Source of the DNA: Candidatus Micrarchaeota archaeon
GTDB lineage: Archaea; Micrarchaeota; Micrarchaeia; Burarchaeales; JACRGF01
Reading direction: 5' to 3'
Assembly: GCA_016212395.1 (NCBI GenBank)
Contig: JACRGF010000005.1
Span: 1-46,995 of the forward strand
DNA length: 46,995 nucleotides
The notes under the pieces are model-generated. The model was not told the origin of the DNA, made no database searches, and saw only the letters and a list, made by a program, of their open reading frames with translations. This document shows positions 44,615-46,995 of this stretch, piece by piece. The position numbers and the translations under genes are program-made. Position 1 is the first letter of the stretch. The number at the start of each line of letters is the position of its first letter.

Positions 44615-45835
44615 ATGGACTACGTACCAAGAGATGCTGAACCAGAAATAGAAAAATGGTTGGACGATAAAGAGATAATACTCATTCGAGGGCCGAGACA
44701 AAGCGGAAAAACCACACTACTAAGAAGGATACGTGAAACCCTGCTAAAAAGAGGGGTAGATGAAAAAGATATTGTATTGATAACATTTGAAGACGACTTG
44801 GAACGAATGAAATTCGAAAAAGACCCCAAAGAATTTATAGGTTTCCATCAGACGAAAAAGACATGGTTCTTATTCGATGAAGCCCAGTATGTAAAGGAGA
44901 TAGGGAAAACACTGAAGCTGCTCTATGACATGTATCCAAATGCCAAATTTATTGCTACGGGCTCATCATCTTTTGACTTGACGGAATTAGGAAAATATTT
45001 AGTAGGTAGAGTGATATTCATAGATGTCCTGCCCTTCAGTTTTCTGGAGTTCCTCAGAGCAAAAAGTCCAAAACATGAAAAGAAACTCGTGGAACTGAAG
45101 GCAGAAACCTTGGCAGGGAAGGCAACAGAAACCGGATTCCTGGGAGATTTCAATTCCTATCTCAAGGAATACCTGAAGTATGGCGCATACCCCCGCATTG
45201 CTCTGGAAGAGGACGAATTTAAAAAAGCAGAGCTCTTGAAAACTCTGTTTTCTAATTATGTGGAGAAAGACGTAGTCGCCAGATTCGGGAACAAGTATCG
45301 GGAACCGGCAATCCTTCTGTTGAAAACCCTTGCCTCATCTGTTGGCGGTCCGGTAAAATACGAGACGCTTAGCCAGCAATCCGGAATCTCGTATAACGAA
45401 GTGAAGGCCATTTTGCCTCTATTGCAGGATTCCTTTGTAATAAGCATAGTCAGGCCGTTCCATAGGAATATCTCCACTGAAATAAGAAAAAATCCGAAGG
45501 TGTATTTCTTGGACAATGGTTTCAGGAATAACTTACTCGGTGATTTCTCAGGGGCTATAACCGGCCCAGCGTTGGAGAATTTCATTTACTGCGAACTTAG
45601 ACAATTAGGGGAAGTAAAATATTGGCGGACTGCATCCGGCGGAGAACTGGACTTCGTAGTTGGCAATCTGGAAATGGCCGTTGAAGTCAAGAAAGCTGGC
45701 AAGACAACAAGATCATTTGCAAATTTCCTATCGGAATATACACCAAAAAAGACTTTTATAGTATCGCTGGGTGAATTAGGAGAAGGAAAAGCAAATGAAA
45801 AAAAGTATTTCAAAGTACCCGCAGTATATTTGTAG
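44615..45835 (+). CDS. AAA+ ATPase with C-terminal DUF4143/nuclease-like domain (COG1373 type)
   Basis: GPRQSGKTT, LFDEAQ, ATGSSS, LVGR, PFSF.EF, YGAYP, PKVYFLDNGFRN, YWRT..G.ELDFV, AVEVK. Confidence 0.95.
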   Translation: MDYVPRDAEPEIEKWLDDKEIILIRGPRQSGKTTLLRRIRETLLKRGVDEKDIVLITFEDDLERMKFEKDPKEFIGFHQTKKTWFLFDEAQYVKEIGKTLKLLYDMYPNAKFIATGSSSFDLTELGKYLVGRVIFIDVLPFSFLEFLRAKSPKHEKKLVELKAETLAGKATETGFLGDFNSYLKEYLKYGAYPRIALEEDEFKKAELLKTLFSNYVEKDVVARFGNKYREPAILLLKTLASSVGGPVKYETLSQQSGISYNEVKAILPLLQDSFVISIVRPFHRNISTEIRKNPKVYFLDNGFRNNLLGDFSGAITGPALENFIYCELRQLGEVKYWRTASGGELDFVVGNLEMAVEVKKAGKTTRSFANFLSEYTPKKTFIVSLGELGEGKANEKKYFKVPAVYL

Positions 45836-45971
45836 CTATAATTATCCTTTGTTCACTAATGATTCCTTATATTTAACCGAAACAAACAACATTAATTTAT
45901 CAGGAGATACCGTACCATGGATATTTTTTTAATCAAAATAATACTTGCATTTTTCATGCTTGCATTTTGCC

Positions 45972-46214
45972 TCAGATGCTTATCACTTTGTCGCATAACT
46001 GCACGATTTCAGCATGGACTGCTTTATCAGTCTCGTTTTCCAAACAAAGCAGTATCCCTCTTGACCCGTTCATTCTCATTCTCGTCAAAATACTGTGCGT
46101 GAATCTTGTAAAAACATCGGATTTGTTGTAAATAAGCATGGTGCTTATCGAATCAATAAAAATAAATTTGTTGCCTTTTATTTTTTCGGTTGCTTTGTTT
46201 CTAAAGTTTTGCAT
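45972..46214 (-). pseudogene. C-terminal fragment of a RecA/KaiC-like ATPase-fold protein
   Basis: FIFIDSISTMLIYN...LCDKVISI resembles the C-terminal half of this fold; no N-terminal half is visible in frame. Confidence 0.6.
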
Positions 46215-46611
46215 TTTTTCTTACGTCGATGGTTTGTCTGCTGCGTGAAAACTCACGCCGTAATCGCTGAACAAAATTTTTTGCGTTATCCATGCTCGTC
46301 ACGTCGAAACCACTGTTTTCCTGTTTTTGAACGGCAAAACACGCTCTCCGACGTAAACAACCCTCCAGAAAACGAAAAGTTTTCCCGAACGATTACGACG
46401 TTAATTTCGCATGCTCGTTATTTTCTCTGACCAACAAAAACCGAGAGTTTTTATGGTCCACAAAACTGCTTCAGCAGTTTTGTTGGACGTTCAAAATTTT
46501 GCAAAAGTTTAGTCATGAAATAAGTTCCTTCGATAAAAAAGAAGAGCTTGGAATTTCTCAGGAATACACGAAAAAAACGGTTGGGAAATATCCAGGGGAT
46601 AATGAAGCAGA

Positions 46612-46751
46612 TGCAGGGGACGAGATTTGAACTCGCGCAGGCCTAAGCCATCAGATTTTGAGTTTCGTCAAGCAAACTTTTGCTTTCTGACGCGTTTGAC
46701 CAGGTTGCAGCAATGGGTTGTTTGCCAACCGATTGACTCCGCCACCCCTGC
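46612..46751 (-). tRNA. trnL: tRNA-Leu(CAA) with two non-canonical BHB introns (positions 15/16 and 30/31)
   Basis: Minus strand: GCAGGGG-TG-GCGGAG[32-nt intron]CCTGGTCAAACGC-G-TCAG[23-nt intron]A-CTCAAAA-TCTGA, long variable arm, GCGAG-TTCAAAT-CTCGT, CCCCTGC-A. Both introns form bulge-helix-bulge-like motifs. Confidence 0.92.
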
Positions 46752-46770
46752 GAATGAACGCAAGTGAATG

Positions 46771-46844
46771 AGCAGGGGCTTGAGTCGCCGAAGCGACTTG
46801 GCGGGCATTCGAACAACAGTTCGAATCCAACCGCCACCCCTGCT
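46771..46844 (-). other. tRNA-like three-stem element immediately upstream of tRNA-Leu
   Basis: Starts with the same 13 nt as the tRNA (GCAGGGGTGGCGG), closes with CCCCTGC, and contains a TTCGAAC/GTTCGAA stem and an AGTCGC-TTCG-GCGACT hairpin. Confidence 0.6.
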
Positions 46845-46995
46845 TAAAACGTTTACAGTCTTGAGTCTTTGTTAGTCTCGAATGCTTGATTTCGAGAATA
46901 ATGCAGTTTTTGTTCGTGAACGTTTAAATCAGTGAGTGTTCCTGCTGTTTTTTGCGTGTTTGCAGTGTCCGACGATTTATTAAGGCATCCAAGTG

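Noticed and set aside
46643-46837. 64-aa minus-strand ORF
   Set aside because: It lies across the tRNA-Leu gene and its upstream structured element.

Overview
Archaeal chromosomal segment, most likely from a DPANN lineage such as Micrarchaeota. The lineage is an inference from the archaeal CarS, phosphopantothenate synthetase, SecD/SecF, TrmB, BHB-intron tRNA and many class III signal-peptide genes. The most striking feature is at 1-9.4 kb: an operon-like run of six divergent paralogous polytopic membrane proteins followed by a VirB11/TadA-type secretion ATPase that is cut off by the window edge. The paralogues share three conserved motif blocks and resemble CedA/VirB6. Three start with lipobox-like signals and two carry large extracellular inserts. 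This is a candidate undescribed type IV secretion-like or host-contact apparatus. The window also holds six class III signal-peptide (pilin-like) genes, five of them in tandem, plus SMC, an M24 peptidase, a TrmB regulator paired with a RaSEA-like radical SAM gene, SppA, CarS and an HPS-RraA fusion. A toxin-antitoxin/Fic cluster lies at 29.7-33.4 kb, followed by PPS, secD/secF, several secreted low-complexity or beta-propeller proteins, a cold-shock protein and a second Fic gene. The right end has a MITE-like structured element, an AAA+/DUF4143 ATPase and a tRNA-Leu(CAA) with two non-canonical BHB introns, preceded by a tRNA-like hairpin element. Non-coding DNA contains several multi-hairpin palindromic elements and strand-biased 8-mer microsatellites. 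All calls come from reading the sequence by eye; no searches were run, and some start codons are my adjustments of the ORF track.
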